NCBI RefSeq assembly: GCF_902713615.1
Contig: NC_052158.1
Span: 30,359,990-30,423,989, forward strand
Origin: Scyliorhinus canicula
Taxonomy: Eukaryota
Direction of reading: 5' to 3'
Length of the DNA: 64,000 bases
Both the position numbers and the translations under genes were made by a program. Numbering within the stretch: position 1 is the stretch's first letter; the number at the start of each line of letters is the position of its first letter. Shown piece after piece: positions 48,262-62,236 of the stretch. The notes under the pieces were generated by a model, which worked only from the letters and a program-made list of their open reading frames with translations, was not told the DNA's origin and ran no database searches.

Positions 48262-49352
48262 GGGTTCAGCTGGTTTGCAGATGACACGAAAATTGGTGGT
48301 GTGGTAAATAGCAAGGAGGAAACCCTTAGACTGCAGGACAATATTGAAGGGCGGTAAGATTGTAGGAACAGTCACAAATGGATTTTAAGCCTACAAAATG
48401 TGAAGTGATGCATTTCGGGTGACCAAAAAAGTAAATGAATACACTATGAATATTAGGAAGTGCAGAGAATCAGACCGACCTTGGGATGCATGTCCAAAGA
48501 TCCCTGAAGGGATTGGTTAGGCCAGGAAGTTAAGGTGGTTAAGAAGGTATATAGGATATTTTCCTTTGTTAGCTGTGGCATAGAATATCGGCGCAGGAAG
48601 TTTGTGATGGAGCTGTATAAATTCTCGTTATGCCACAGCTGGAGAATTGTGTGCATGTTCTCACCAAATTGTCACTGCCTAACTCATGCCAGGCAGCTAT
48701 ACAATTAACTTGCCACACCTTGTCAATTCAAGGTTGTTTACCTGTTGGGGTGTCAAGGAACCCCACAATAGTCCTTGTCTATTATCTCTGTTTATCTCTT
48801 TTCTGGCTTGGAAGTGGAAACTTCTTTTCTCTCGAAGGAGCGGCAAGGAGAGGGAGGGAAGATGTAAGGCAAGAAACAATAACTTCTGCTGGAGATTCAC
48901 AAATCTAGCTAGCTATGACGAAAGGTTGAGTAGAATAGGATTGTTTTCGTTGGACAGACGGAGGTTGAGGGGGGACCTGATTGAGGTCTACAAAATTATG
49001 AGAGGTATGGACAGGGAGGATAGCAACAAGCTTTTCCCAAGAGTGGGGGTGTCAGTTACAAGGGGTCACGATTTCAATGTGAGAGGGGCAAAGTTTAAGG
49101 GAGATGTGCGTGGAAAGTTTTTTACACAGAGGGTGGTGGGTGCCTGGAATGCTTTACCAGCGGAGGTGGTAGAGGCGGGCACGATAGTATCTTTTAAGAA
49201 GCATCGAGACATGTATATGAATGGGCGGGAACAGAGGGAAGTAGACCTTGGAAAATAGGAGACAGGTTTAGATAAAGGATCTGGATCAGCGCAGGCTGGG
49301 AGGGCTGAAGGGCCTGTTCCTGTGCTGTAATTTTCTTTGTTCTTTGTTCTTT
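48130..49352 (+). mobile_element. CR1 LINE 3' fragment with a (GT)n/poly-G expansion and an internal unrelated segment (~48680-48905)
   Basis: VPQGSVLGP- and FADDTK-like remnants, LFSLDRRRLRGDLIEVYKI, (CTTTGTT)n tail. Confidence 0.85.
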
Positions 49353-50113
49353 GTAGGATTATTTGAACTATGATAGCATAAAACATGTTTGCTGACAACA
49401 GGCAGTTCAGCAGTGATCTTTTTGACATTAATGAGAATGTTTTAGATAACTCTGCTAAGTCTGAGATTCTTTATTTTCCATCTGGTTTATACAGAGTTCA
49501 AATAATTCCACAGCTATACAGCTCTTTCTTTGGCTAATGTTTTAATGGAACTGGAGTTTGGGTACTCCCAAATATGTGAGACAATTCCCTTAGGTTACAG
49601 GTTCTACAGAGTTTGTATAAATAATGGAAAATAAATATTGGCTTCTTCCTCAGATGTTTCCAATTGTATTCTCACACATATGAACAACAGCTGAAAGCAT
49701 GTAAATAACTTTCATTTCCTTTGTTTAAATGAGTATATGGTTGAGTGCAGTTCAAACAACACTCAAAAAGTTGGAAATCATCCAAGACAAAGCAGACCCG
49801 CTTGTTCACCATCCGGTCCACCAGCATTCACTCCCTCCACCACCAATGCACAGTAGCAGCCGTGTGTACCATTTGCAAGGTGCACTGCAGGAATTCACCA
49901 ATGCACCGTTAAAACCCTCTACTGCTACCACCTGGTACGACAAGAGAAGCAGGCAGCTTGAAACGCTACAGTCTGAAATTTCCCATCCAAGTGACTCCAA
50001 ACCTTGACTTCGAAATATATCTCCATTACTTCACTGTCATTGGGGTTAAAATCCTGGAACTCCTCTCCTCAAAGCACATTGGGTGCAACTGCACCACATG
50101 GAGTGCAGCGGTT

Positions 50114-50292
50114 TGAAAATGAAAATCGCTTATTGTCACGGGTACACTTCAATGAAGTTACTGTGAAAACCCCCTAGTCGCCTCATTCCGGCGTCCGTCC
50201 GGGGAGGCTGGTACGGGAATCGAACTGTGCTGTTGGCCTGCTTGGTCTGCTTTAAAAGCCAGCGATTTAGCTCAGTGAGCTAAACCAGCCCC
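50114..50292 (-). mobile_element. Short tRNA-derived SINE with CATTT tail
   Basis: Same family as 21022-21195. Confidence 0.8.
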
Positions 50293-50664
50293 TTATGCAG
50301 AAGGGTTATTAGGAATGGGAAATTAATGCTGGTCTAGATTGCGACATTTTGTTATCAAACTGAATGTCACGAATGGTCTGGGGACGTGGGTTCAAATCCC
50401 ACCACAGCAGGTGGTGGAATTATAACTCAATTCTGAACACATTTGTAACTCAAAGCTAGCCTCAGTTTCAGTTCACCGTTACCATCCTTGATTATCACAA
50501 AATCCCGCATGATTATTCAATGTCTTTTATCTAACTCTAGACCTGCGGCATACATTTGACTCTTGACTGCCCTCTGAAATTCCACAGCAAGCCTCTCATT
50601 ACAAGGGCAATTAGGGATGTGTAACAAATGATGGCCTTGCCAGTGACACGTACATTCTCAGAAT

Positions 50665-50980
50665 TATAGAATCCCTACAACGTAAACGGAGGCCAGTTGG
50701 CCCATTGAGTCTCCACCAACCCTTTGAAATAGCCCCACCGAGAGCCAATCCCCCGCCTTCTCCCCGTAACCCCACTCAACCTTTGGACACTAAGTTGCAA
50801 TTGGGCATGATCAATCCACCTACCCTACACATCTTTAAACTGTGGGAGGAAACCGGAGCACACGGAGGAAACGGGGAGAACGTACAAATTCCACGCAGAC
50901 AGACACCCAATGCCGATACCGAACCCGGGTCCCTAGGGCTGTGAGGCAACAGTGCTGACCACTGTGCTACCGTGCCTCCC
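50665..50980 (-). mobile_element. V-SINE
   Basis: V domain and tRNA head. Confidence 0.75.
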
Positions 50981-51074
50981 ATAACTGAAACATGTCCATA
51001 ACATGCAATAGCCTATAATGTCGGAGGCTAATGCATAAAATGTCTTCAGGATCACTTCATAATTCCACACAATC

Positions 51075-51145
51075 TTATCTTTCTCTACGGGTGTAGTCTT
51101 TTGACTCCACCTCATTGGTTTCAATGCTGTATTTGCTGCATTTGC
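51075..51145 (-). CDS. Weak candidate cytoplasmic exon of gene 2 (GKCSKYSIETNEVESKDYTRRER*)
   Basis: Acceptor TTCTAATTCTTCTCAAGCAG|, phase-1 compatible. The ETN.V resembles the gene 1 tail candidate. Could be chance. Confidence 0.2.
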
Positions 51146-54100
51146 CTGCTTGAGAAGAATTAGAACATTAATGCAAATTACACCAGGACATGTCATTAGA
51201 AAGAAATAATGTATTTTTATGTTGTCTTTCTCAAGATGCATGTTAATATGCTTTCATATGTTACGCTACCGGACCAGACCCCAATTTATGCTAGGAAACC
51301 AGCCGAGATCCCAACAGTGTTTCAATTTGTAAGGCTGTGAGGAAAGTGTACTTCGCCCCAGGAGAGATTCCACTGACAAATATGTACCTTTTAGATTAAA
51401 ACATCAGTTATTATTTAGCACATCAACATCTCAGAAAAATACCTCTGCAATTAGTTGTTAAACAGTGCCAAAAAAAACCAGGAAACACTTTAACTATTGA
51501 CATTTACCTTCTCTGTTTCCAAGTAAGGAAAGTCCTTTACAGAACAAAATCTACTGACAAATAAAGATAGCAACGGAGGCCACTTGTTGTGTTCTTGTGG
51601 AGAGATAACTGGGAAAGTCTGCTTGGAGCGAGAGACCCTTCAAGGAACAGCCTTTAAATTATTCTGTATTTGCCAGGCTTCTGCTCAACGTTACAGCATT
51701 TGGCAAGACCGCTGCTCATAGGAGGCTGCAAAACTTTAATAAACACTGTCAAAACTACCAACAGAACTGGTGCTCCCGTTAATTACACCATCTTTATCCC
51801 ACTGGTATCCCATGACCTGCTTATCTAAAATTAATGCAACAGACGTATGTAATACAATCTGTACAAACATTACATAAATTTATCACTCATATTTTAACGG
51901 TATTGTGGTATTTAGGGGTAATTTCAGTTTGCTGCAGTTTTTTTTAAAGCTTTCCTGTCGGAATTTGGAGTTCAATTTGTAAGTAACTAATTACATACAA
52001 TAATGTAGTTGCACATTTAGGCTAGTTTTTTTTCATTGAACTCAATTTCTATCCTGTAGTTGAGAAATATATTTATCAATCGCCGCTGGAGGAATTTGTC
52101 ATAATTTAATAATTGGTTTTCAATGTCGTATAGTCATCAAAATCGGACAATACTTTTGAACATTTAATATACATGGCTCTGTAATGAGTTAACAAGGTGA
52201 TTGGTGAACTCGGAATTATATTGTTATGTATAAATTCAGCGAAGGGCGCACATAGAAATGCATGGTTTTATTTACGTACAGGTATAATGTGTAGCAACTT
52301 ATAACGTGGATGCTAACATGCTAATCAACTTGAAGATCAATCTTTACATTAACCACAGGCAGCCTTGTCTTTATCTATGGAAGTTCGAACTGGTTGCTTC
52401 CCTTCTCTGATCAGTGTACAATACTGCACATTATCGCTTCATTTGCCTGCTGGAGAAAAAAAAACATTTTAGATATATTCCATATGCGAAAATGAAAGGG
52501 TGTTTCTTTTGCTTTAATCTAACAACACATACATTTGATCGAGTATGGCATCAATAAGCCCTCGCTATATTGGAATCAATCGGAATCAAGGTGCAAACTC
52601 TCCGCTAGTTGGAGTCATACCCGGCACAAAGGAAGATGGTCGTGGTGGTCCATGTCCAAATACAGCAAGACCTGGATAATATTCCGCTTGAGCTGAGAAA
52701 TGACAAGTTACATTCGCACCGCACAAGTGCCAAGTACTGACTATCAAGAGAGGATCTATCTATCGCTGCTGGACATTAAATGGCTTAATCATTGCTGAAT
52801 CCCCCACAATCAGCATGCTGGGGCTTACCGTTGATCACAAACTGAACAGGACTAGCCATAATAATACTTTAGCTACCATGGCTAAGACTCTACTGCGAGA
52901 AATTCGCCTCCTGACCTCGAAAACCCTTTCCCCATCAAGGCACAAGTCAGGAGTGTATTGAAATACCCTCCACTTTCCTGGAAGATTACCACTCCACCAA
53001 CACTCCAGAAGCTTGGCACAATCCAAGACAAAGCAGCCGGCATGAATGTTCCACTTTCCATAAACTTTCAAACTGTCCTCCACGGGCCAACAGTGGCAGC
53101 CGTGTGTACCATCTGCAAATGTGCTGATGTAACTAGCCAAGGTTCCTTAGGCAACTCCGTCCAGACTCACGACCACTACCATCCTGAAGGCCAGGAGCCC
53201 CAGCTACCTTGGAACCGCAGCACCTGGACTAAGTCACTCTCACCCTGAGTTGCAAATATATCGCCGTTGACAAATTAAAATAGCAGAACACCCTAGCTGT
53301 TACCTAAATGCGTGATGGCCGTACTATCTATAAACGGAATTTGATTTTTACCTTGAATACATGAAATATATTCATTAACTACCTGTGAGCTGTGTCATGG
53401 GCAACACACTAGCTTCCGTCAGTTTTAGTGTCATTGACATATGTATAACTACGAAAACGAGTTGGTATTTGGTATAAATAGTCCTGGATTGATATAGTAT
53501 CAGAATTATTGTTCTTCGCAATAACATTTTACGTCTAAACGTTTTCGGCCTTTTCACATGTGCACTTGTGAAAGCAGAAACAAGAGGGCCGCGGGATGTT
53601 ATTTTTGCTGAGCTTTGATAGGATCGTTGCACTGTTGCAACAGATAATTTGTACGCCCGTTGGCTGGGATGGCAAAAACTAATTACAGTAGTTTTCAGTG
53701 GCATAGTTCGAAATCACAATATGGAATTATTTCCCTTGATATCTATTACATCAGAACCCGAGCCCGCTTTATCTAAAGGCTCGGAGTCAACAGCTCAACA
53801 CGCTATAGAAGAAAAAAGGACATCGCGAAAACCAGAACTCAACAGGACAGCAGCAGCGAAGGAAAATAACTTGGAATTTGGCTTGACACGTCGTATACCA
53901 AAAGAAGCTGCAGTGGTTAACGTTAGAAAGAAATTGACGCATCAGGCACATTAAATTAGCGATAAATTCTGTTCATTACATATGTGAAAAAGGGTCAATC
54001 AGATTGACTTTCAATCTGTTCTGGTAATCTTTTTCTTTTTAGTGTAGCAATATTACCCTATGGATGCAGGGAAGAAAAGAATACGGAATAGTGACCTTTA

Positions 54101-54989
54101 ACGGAAGTGCTGGCGGTCTTTAATTTAAAGTAATTAAAATGATTAAACATGGTTCGGGGCATGATACCGTCCTCTGGTTTGTATGGTTCAAAAAGGTGCA
54201 CTGATTAACATGTACAGTCGTGGAAAAAAGTAGCTGAGGAAATACTAGGTTTTTTATTCGGGTTTCTCGAACATCGAGGGATTAGTTGCTCTTTACATTT
54301 ACCGAATTAGAAAAAGTTTACTGATTTTTTTCACTTGATGAAATGACAGTTATTTGTGACAAGAGCCAAGTTACCGATGAGGTAATTGCGTCAGCGGAAA
54401 AATAGCTTTTTGGTAAGGAAACAGTTTATTCATTAAAGCTGATAACGAGGTCAATCAAACTCATCGAAAAAGTTGAATTTTAGGGAGAATCATGCTCGTC
54501 AAATTGTAGGAATTGTGCAAACATCTTAATCTGCAATGTCCAATAGAGCTTGAACACCCGGATGCCGGGAGCCCGGAACAGTATTAAATCATGTGTGGAT
54601 GGAATAAATAATTTTTAAGAGGTAATTTCTCATTGCATGTTTTAGTATTTTTGCAGATACTGCATGCTTAAACAATTTATGAAAGCTTTAATTTAACATG
54701 TAAGTAACCAACATGGAATCGAGTGCTATATTAAATGACCCGAGTCACAGTGCTTGGTGAGATACCCGATAGTTGAGTTGCAAGGTACCTGATTGTCATT
54801 TCTGCTCGATAGTCTTTCATCATGTTTCTCTGTATGATGTGTATGGAAGAAAATTAGAATGTTAGGAATGTCAATGACCAGCAATGGTCACCAGGCACTC
54901 CCGCGAAGTCCCCTGCTTGTGATGTAACTCATCTAGTCCTTTGTCACACACCTTGGTTAGAAGACTGTGATGTGTGTCCAGCCAGTTTC

Positions 54990-55740
54990 CATTATTTGCA
55001 TATCGTACTTATTTATAGATTAATTCCACAGATGAGACGTTTGTCTTATGAAGAGAGATTGAACAGTTTAGGCCTGTATTCTCTCCAGTTTACAAGAATG
55101 TGAGAAAATATGTTAGATGATAAAAGGTATTGATGAAGTAGACGTAGAGCGGGTTCTTCCTCTTGTGGGATTTATTATAAGGAGCCATAGTTTTAGGATA
55201 CGAGATAGCAGATTTAAAGCAGAGAGGAGGAAAAATTACTTCTCTCAAGGGGCCGTGAATCTCTGGAATTCACGACACAGAAAACTGTAGATCCCGGGAC
55301 ATTGAGTAAATTTAAGGAGCGATAGCAGATTTCTAATTAGACATGGGCTGAAGGGTGACGGTGAACGGGAATGAAAATGGAGTTGAGGCCAAGAGAAAAT
55401 CATCCGTGATCACATTGAATGGCGGAGGGGGCTCGTGGGGCTTAATGTCTTACTCTTGCTCCTAGTTATTCTGTTCTATCTAACCTTACCAGATCTGAAG
55501 CACCAACCTGTTATTGACTCATGGTTCATTAATATTACAGGGCAAACTGCCTAGAACGGCACAATGGTGCAGTCGTAGCTTTGCTGCTTCACCGCGAGGG
55601 GGACCCAGGTTCGATCCCGGCCCCGGGTCCCGGTCCGTGGGGAGTTTGTACATTTCCAACGTGCTGCCTGGGTCTCATCATCACAACCCAAAATGGTGTG
55701 CATGGTAGGTGAATTGGCCACGATAAATTAACCCTTAATT
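54990..55740 (+). mobile_element. CR1 3' fragment followed by a V-SINE fragment (~55555-55740)
   Basis: Typical CR1 3' end, then a GGTTCGATCC head. Confidence 0.6.
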
Positions 55741-56255
55741 TTAAAAAAGAATTGGGTGCTCAATTGTTTTTTTAATGACAGGACAAAGATATCGATGCAA
55801 TATTGTTCTTGTTGTGGTTATGTAGTAAAATCGATCGTTTCTGCCGGCTGGCGGCAAATTACAACATCGGTAAATATATCTTTTCATTATATGCAAGAAA
55901 CAGTCAAGCTTAGAGTTAAATGGTGAAATTAATCGTTATTCAATTACGAGCAATGCAAATGGAATTGTAGAGATTAAGTCTTAAGTGTAAAGAGTGATAA
56001 ATCTATATCTTCACCCACTTCACTTCGCGATCTGAAGCAATAGGGAAATTGAGAATATTAAACGTTATGTTTAGTTCAAACTAAAGAATCACTCTATAGA
56101 TTTGTTTATTGCATAATTTGTAATTACTGAACGTGCACGTGAGAAGAGTAGAGTGCTCCAAACATAAAAGTGATGCATAGCTCTGGCACATCGCATCAAA
56201 ATGTGGCTAAAATGTTAGCATTATAAAATAATTGACATGAATCAATATTATCTAC

Positions 56256-56393
56256 CTTTACTTCTGTTTCTGCAGTAAATGACAGTCATTATCGCCGAGA
56301 ACATGGCCAGTACAAATAGCGTTGCTTTGACAACGAGGGTTGTCTGTACAATCACGGGATTGGCCGGCCGTTGTACCTGGTTCCACATCTTCG
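56256..56393 (-). CDS. NCR3: Stalk plus transmembrane exon of NCR3-like gene 2 (AKMWNQVQRPANPVIVQTTLVVKATLFVLAMFSAIMTVIYCRNRSK)
   Basis: 138 nt, phase 1/1, acceptor TTTTCTTGTAACAG| and donor AAAG|GTAGAT. Hydrophobic helix with Lys at the position of the gene 1 Arg, followed by basic stop-transfer residues. Confidence 0.8.
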
Positions 56394-56939
56394 CTGTTAC
56401 AAGAAAATAGATATTTATTTTTATTTATTCCTCTCGCCCTATCTCCCGCCGTAACTATATAGATTATAAACTTTAACCCGCAAGAGGTGGAGAAAAAAAA
56501 GTGTTTTTCGAATCGGGATGGTTGGAATGGTCCTCAAGGAGCGAAGAAAGGGTCGAGAACGGGATACCACAGCGAGAAAGTAATCGGTTTGACATTCTAA
56601 AAGAGTGATGCGGCACTGTGGCAGTGAACATTCGTTTCGACAGCAGGGTAAATTGACATTTTTAGACCAGCTGTCCGTCAAATGCCTCACCCGAATTACT
56701 GTTCACGGTGACTTTACGCCCTCCCCCAACCCCTATAATGACGAATATTAAATGTATCATTTCCTTTCACGATTCAAGCATAATTCGTGCAACAAGGAGT
56801 GGTGGACAGAGTAGAGTGTTGCTGTAATCTCCGAAATGAAGTAGATGGGTAGGCGGAATGGGCGATAAACGTCAGATGTAATTTGGCACAAAGAAATGCG
56901 AGGCAATGCGTTTAGGGACGTCCCATTGTTATATGGTGT

Positions 56940-57600
56940 ACGCAATAAATCAAAATATAACTAAGAGGTGTAGATTAAGTGACAGATCTTGGCGTTCAAG
57001 TACACAGATCACTAAAGACACCACGTCAGGTAGACACGATTGTAAAGAATGCATATGGAATGGTCTTCATTGGCAGAGGTATAGAATATAAAAGCACGAA
57101 TAAAATGTTGACATTATATAAACGCTGGGGAGGACAAACTGGAGTTTTGTGTTGCAGTTCTGGCCACCACATAATAAAAATAATCGTTTATTATCACAAG
57201 ATGGCTTCAATGAAGTTACTGTGAAAAGCCCCGTCGCCCCATTCCGGCGCCTGTTCGGGGAGGCCGGAACAGGAATTACAGGAAGGACGTAAATGCTGGA
57301 GAGCGTCTAGATGAAATTTACAAGAATGTTTCCAAGGCTCGAAAAGTGTACTACGAGCAAAGATTGGACTGGTTGGGGTTATTTTCTTTGGACCAAAGAA
57401 AGCTGAGGGGTGACTTAATCGATATGCACAAAACTATGAGGGGTGGGGGGGGGGGGGGGGGGTGATCGGGTGAACAGGATAAAATCGTTTCCCTTGATGC
57501 AGAATGCCAGTACCAGGGGACATAGATTCACGATAATTGGCAGAAAATGTCGAGGGGACACGAGGAAGAACGGTTTTACACAGAGGCTACAGGAGTATGT
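56940..57600 (+). mobile_element. CR1 RT 3' fragment with a short-SINE piece (~57195-57275)
   Basis: DLGVQVHRSLK...VKNAYGM...GIEYK motif. Confidence 0.75.
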
Positions 57601-58152
57601 ATTCACTTCCCGAGTTGGTGGTGGAGGCAGGGTCCCGAAACTCTTCCAAAAATTGCCCAGATCAGTTGATGCAGTAGCTACGCTCAGAAAGCTGGTGATT
57701 CCAAACAAACCTGTTGGACTTCAATCTGGTGTTGTAAAAAGCCTGACACCGCATCTCAACACCATTTAACCAAGACTTTGAGAGTTTTTGGAGTATTATA
57801 CCTCCGAGAAATTTGTGGACGCTCAGTTGTTATGTTAATATTGATCTATAAATCTAGAACATAACTGAGCACCAAGAGGCACGGGATTCATGCATGAACG
57901 TGCAGTTAATGTAACAATTCAGCCGTGATCATGAATTCTGGGATAAGCTTGAGGGACCTTATGGTTAACACCTACTCCTATTTCTGTTCTAATTTCTGTA
58001 CTGCTCCAATAGACTCACTTTAATAAATTGAAGCATTACGTTAATGCCAGCTGTGGTATATTTTTGCGCATTTGTCTGACGGTACACTTGGATGTTTATA
58101 TTAACATCTTAGTTCATTAATTTCTAAATATAGCAGCGCGTAATATATCCAC

Positions 58153-58491
58153 CTGTCACAATGAGTGTTGTTCCTTGCCCATAATGTTCAACGCCTGTTA
58201 TAGATTCCACTTTGCAATAATAGGTTGCCGCATCGCTCATTGTTACATTTGTTATTTGAATGAAAACGCCCGTATTTTCGCCCGATTGTTTCTTACTGGG
58301 TCCAATGACTCTGCCTCTATAGACTGGTGTACTGTTAGAGAGCTTAGTTCCACCTTTACTGTTCCTGTACCACATGTAGACGACGATTCCATGAAGTCCT
58401 TCCTGGGTGCAGTGCAGAACCACCACCTCCCCCTCGGTTACATTAATAGATGTCGGGGTTTGAACAACTGTAACATTCTCAGCAATCGCTG
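58153..58491 (-). CDS. NCR3: Ig V(J)-type domain exon of NCR3/NKp30-like gene 2
   Basis: 339 nt (same length as gene 1), phase 1/1, acceptor TTATTTTCCAG| and donor ACAG|GTGGAT. Open frame AIAENVTVVQTP..VVLHC..MWYR..GTKLSNSTPVYRGRV..DAATYYCKVE..YGQGTTLIVT. Confidence 0.85.
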
Positions 58492-59472
58492 CTGGAAAAT
58501 AACAAATAATAATGGGTCATTGCGATTCAATTTTCCTACGTTCAGCGCAACCCCGTCAGCGGATTTCCCGGCGGCGCGGGCGTGGCTACAATTGACAATC
58601 GGCGATAAGACAGAATCGCTCCCTTCGTGAACGGCACACGGTCTGAGAAACACAAGCCTGGCGGACCGGAGAATCCCGCCCGAATGAAGCCAAAAACCTT
58701 CCCTGCGTTCAACCTTGTTTGTAATTCCGCTCCAAAAGTTAAACATTGGAATGCGAACAACGCAACGCGGTTGTTCAACGACAGGTCTTCGCTTTGAAGG
58801 ATATTGGTAGAATAAAATAAAATGAAAACAGCCCCATTCTAATAGCGCACCGAGAAAGGCCATTCAGGATTCGCTTTGCGGAATATCAGAGTGAAAAATG
58901 TGATTCTTTTGACGAAGGGTCAGGAGGACATTTGTGGAACTGAGCTGAATTACATACGGAAGTATTTCCTTGCGATCATCAAATTGCATTTAACATTTCA
59001 TAACTAATTTAAAAATAAATGGCATCAGATGCAATCCTTCTAAAGCAGAATTTTGATAATACACTCCAAGTATTATTCTGACGAATCATAAAACATGGCA
59101 TTTAGTCCAGTTTGCTGTCCTTCCATCTCCGGGACTGCAGCCGTTTAAGAGGGTAGCTCGCCGCCACCCTCTCACGGGGTAATTAGTGATGCGCAATGGA
59201 TACTCGCACACACCTTGAATTAATTTTAAAAATGCAATGCCTAATTTAGTGGTGGGATTGAACCGGTTATGGTTGATATCATTGCACCATACGATCACAG
59301 CATCGATATGTGGGGAGATGGCGGTACAGTGGTAATCACACTGGACTGGTTATCTAAAGTGTCCGCTTAATGCTCTGCATACTCGGGATCAGACAACATC
59401 TGACCAAGGAACTAACATCGACTGTTCTCAGGGAAGGAAATGTCTGGTCTGTGAATTAAAGAAAGTACTTAC

Positions 59473-59515
59473 CTAGGCCAACAGTCAGGATGCAGAGGTC
59501 TAGGCTGGAAACCAT
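59473..59515 (-). CDS. NCR3: Leader exon of NCR3-like gene 2 (MVSSLDLCILTVGL-A)
   Basis: ATG at 59515, strong donor TAG|GTAAGT, 43 nt, phase 1. Joins the V exon to give ...TVGLAAIA/ENVTVVQ. Confidence 0.72.
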
Positions 59516-59624
59516 GCAAGCTGCTGTGTAAATGCAATGGAATTATTTGAAGTTTACTCACGGGACTGATGAGAGAAGGTCACAATCCATTTTTTAAATT
59601 TAACTATGCGTACCAATGTCAAGG

Positions 59625-59640
59625 CAGGATGTGACGCAAT
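59625..59640. promoter_or_regulatory. Conserved proximal promoter motif, gene 2
   Basis: CAGGATGTGACGCAAT 110 nt upstream of the ATG. Paralog of 32995-33010. Confidence 0.5.
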
Positions 59641-59854
59641 GGAAAATATCAGATGAAGGTTTTTCGCTCTCTCTTTGTCCGGCTTAGCAAAAGTTCAGAT
59701 GTGGTGAGTGGTTCCACTGCTTTGGGGGTTTTCACATTCTCGTTCTTTCATTTTCTGAACAACGGGTTTAAGTAAACTCACATAATATGCACAATATGCA
59801 CACTGTTAGGGGTGGCTGAGGAATTTGCTACAGTGCAGTTTCCTGTGTTTGCAA

Positions 59855-60043
59855 GGGGCTGGTTTAGCACAGGGCTAAATCGCTGGCTTTTAAAGCAGAC
59901 CAAGGCAGTCCAGCAGCACGATTCAATTCCCGTACCAGCTTCCCCGAACAGGCGCCGGAATGTGGCGACTAGGGGCTTTTCACAGTAACTTCATTTGAAG
60001 CCGACATGTGACAATGAACGATTTTCATTTCATTTTCATTTTC
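59855..60043 (+). mobile_element. Short tRNA-derived SINE with CATTT tail
   Basis: Same family as 21022-21195. Confidence 0.85.
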
Positions 60044-60539
60044 AATTGCCTTATTCAAACAACTATTGGCCAAAGAGTTTCCTGATTAAGGGGTTTGGAA
60101 AACTTTCTTTCTTTCAGATAAATATAATAAAATTACGTCAGGGCGCCCTACCTAGGCCCACTCCCCGTCCTATCCCCGTGTCCTCGCGCATTTATCATGG
60201 AAATTCCGTCTAAACTGCACAGCTTTGGACACTGAGGGGCAATTTCACATGGCCCAGCCAAAGTTGTCGGTTAGTGTACAGGAGTGGGCCTAGGCAGACT
60301 GCTCGTTCGGATCAACAATGCAGACTCGAGGGGCCGAATAGTCTCCTTCTTCACTTCAGGGATTCAATGGTGCTATGATTTTAACCTGCACATATGTGGA
60401 CTCTGAGAGGGGCAACCGGAGGAAATCCACGAACACATGAGCAGAATGTGAAAACTCCACACAGTGGCTTAAAGTGCGGCATCGCGCGCCCGTTCTTGGT
60501 GCTGTGAGGCAGCTGTGCTACCTATTGTGCCACATACTC

Positions 60540-60881
60540 GATGAGCTGATCGGCTTCCTTCTGCTCCCACGTCCCTCAGTCAGGATCTTCCTGTTGAACT
60601 TTCTGTTAGCCACTGCCTTGTTTGGATGTTGATTCTCACAAAATCCGCCACAAGTTTAAACTCAACGGAAGGTTCCACATGATTTTTGCCGAATGATGAG
60701 GTTACATCTCTGGTCACCCAGAAGCCCGCGATAATGCTCTCGGCCCAGGAGAAACGCATAAACATCTTGAAACGCGTTCATTTCCAACAGAGCTGGACAG
60801 ACTGGGCGCAAGGATGGTGTTTCTTCTGGCTGGGGAGGGGATGGTGCAGAACGAGGGGTCACAGTGTCGGGCTACATAATA
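60540..60881 (-). pseudogene. Possible decayed V exon of paralog 3
   Basis: Strong acceptor TCTCTTTCATTTCAG| at 60882. Frame-broken remnants TV..EET.SL, HYRG, LLGDQRCNLIIRQ and GTF(R)VE resemble NKp30 V strands. Stops and frameshifts present; the end is uncertain. Confidence 0.3.
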
Positions 60882-61019
60882 CTGAAATGAAAGAGATTTC
60901 TTCACTCAGATGGGTGGTTAACCGGTGCAATTCTCGACCACAATTGGAGGATAAGCCAGTTACTGCGTTTAAGAAGGGAATAATAATAATATTTCTATTG
61001 TCCCAAGTAGGTTTACAGA

Positions 61020-61345
61020 ATCATAGAATTTACAGTGCAGAAGGAGGCCATTCGGCCCATCGAGTCTGCACCAGCGCTTGCAGAGATCACCCTACTTAAG
61101 CCCACAGCTCCACCCTATCCCTGTAACCCAGTAACCCCACCTAACCTAAGGGCAGTTTAGCGTGACCAATCCACCTAACCTGCACATCTTTGGATGGTGG
61201 GAGGAAACCGGAGCACCCGGCGGAAGCCCAGACTGACACAGGGAGAACGTGCAAACTCTGCACAGTGACCCAAGCTGGGAATCGAACTTGGGACATTGGA
61301 GCTGTGAAGCAATTGTGCTAACCACTATGCTACCGTACTGCCCAC
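61020..61345 (-). mobile_element. V-SINE
   Basis: V domain, tRNA head, ATAGAA-type tail. Confidence 0.8.
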
Positions 61346-62236
61346 AGCTTACATTAGCACCGCAATGATGATTCTGTGAAAAGGCGCTAGTCGCCACATT
61401 CTGGCGCCTGTTCGGGTAGAGGCTGATACGGGAATTGAACCCGTGCTAAATAAATCCATTCTTAGACTCTGGAGGTGTCAAGGGGCACGGAGAGTGTGTG
61501 GGCAATGGCGTTGAGAAAGAGGATTAACCCATGAACATATTGAATGGTGCAGCAGGCTTGGAAGGGCCGAATGTTTCCATGTTCACAGGGCACAGACTGC
61601 AACCTGCCTGAGAATGTCAGTATCTATCACAAAGATTAGCTTTGTCACAGTAAGACAGACATATCTACCAGATTGTGGCTCAGGCGGGAGGTGAGGGAAC
61701 CAGGAAGAGGGGATAAAGCTACTTGCACTCATCCTCACCAATCTGCCAGTCTCAGAACATAAGTACTTTAATAGCAGTGAGCACGCGCATTGCATGTGGA
61801 AAATAATTCTCAATTTCACGGGAAGGATAAGTAACGCTGTTAGCATTCTGGAACCCGCACCTGTGCAGAGCCTGGCAAAACAGAGTACCTGGTGAGCCAG
61901 TCGGTAGAATGAAAGCAGCGCAAGTGGAGAAGCAGTCACTGGATTTGTTGGTCCCACCTTTATTCCTCATTGGGACGTGTTGGCCCTGTACTCGCTCTAT
62001 TTCCTTCTTAAATGCATCCCACTGTTCAGTCACAGATTTACCTAGGAGGGGTTATTGGGTTCCGGGGGTACGGTGGACGTGAGGGCTTAGAGTTGGCCGG
62101 TGCAGACTCGATGGGCCGAATGGCCTCCTTCTGCACTATATGTTCTATAATGTACTTCCCATGTTTCTCGAGCACGGAGTCTTCCTAGAATCTACTCGGG
62201 AACGTCAAATAAACAGAAAATACTTAAACATGTTAC

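Noticed and set aside
53375-53954. Two ~100-aa ORFs in unique sequence as possible tail exons of gene 2
   Set aside because: An acceptor-like site exists near 53670, but no frame gives a recognisable motif or similarity to gene 1.
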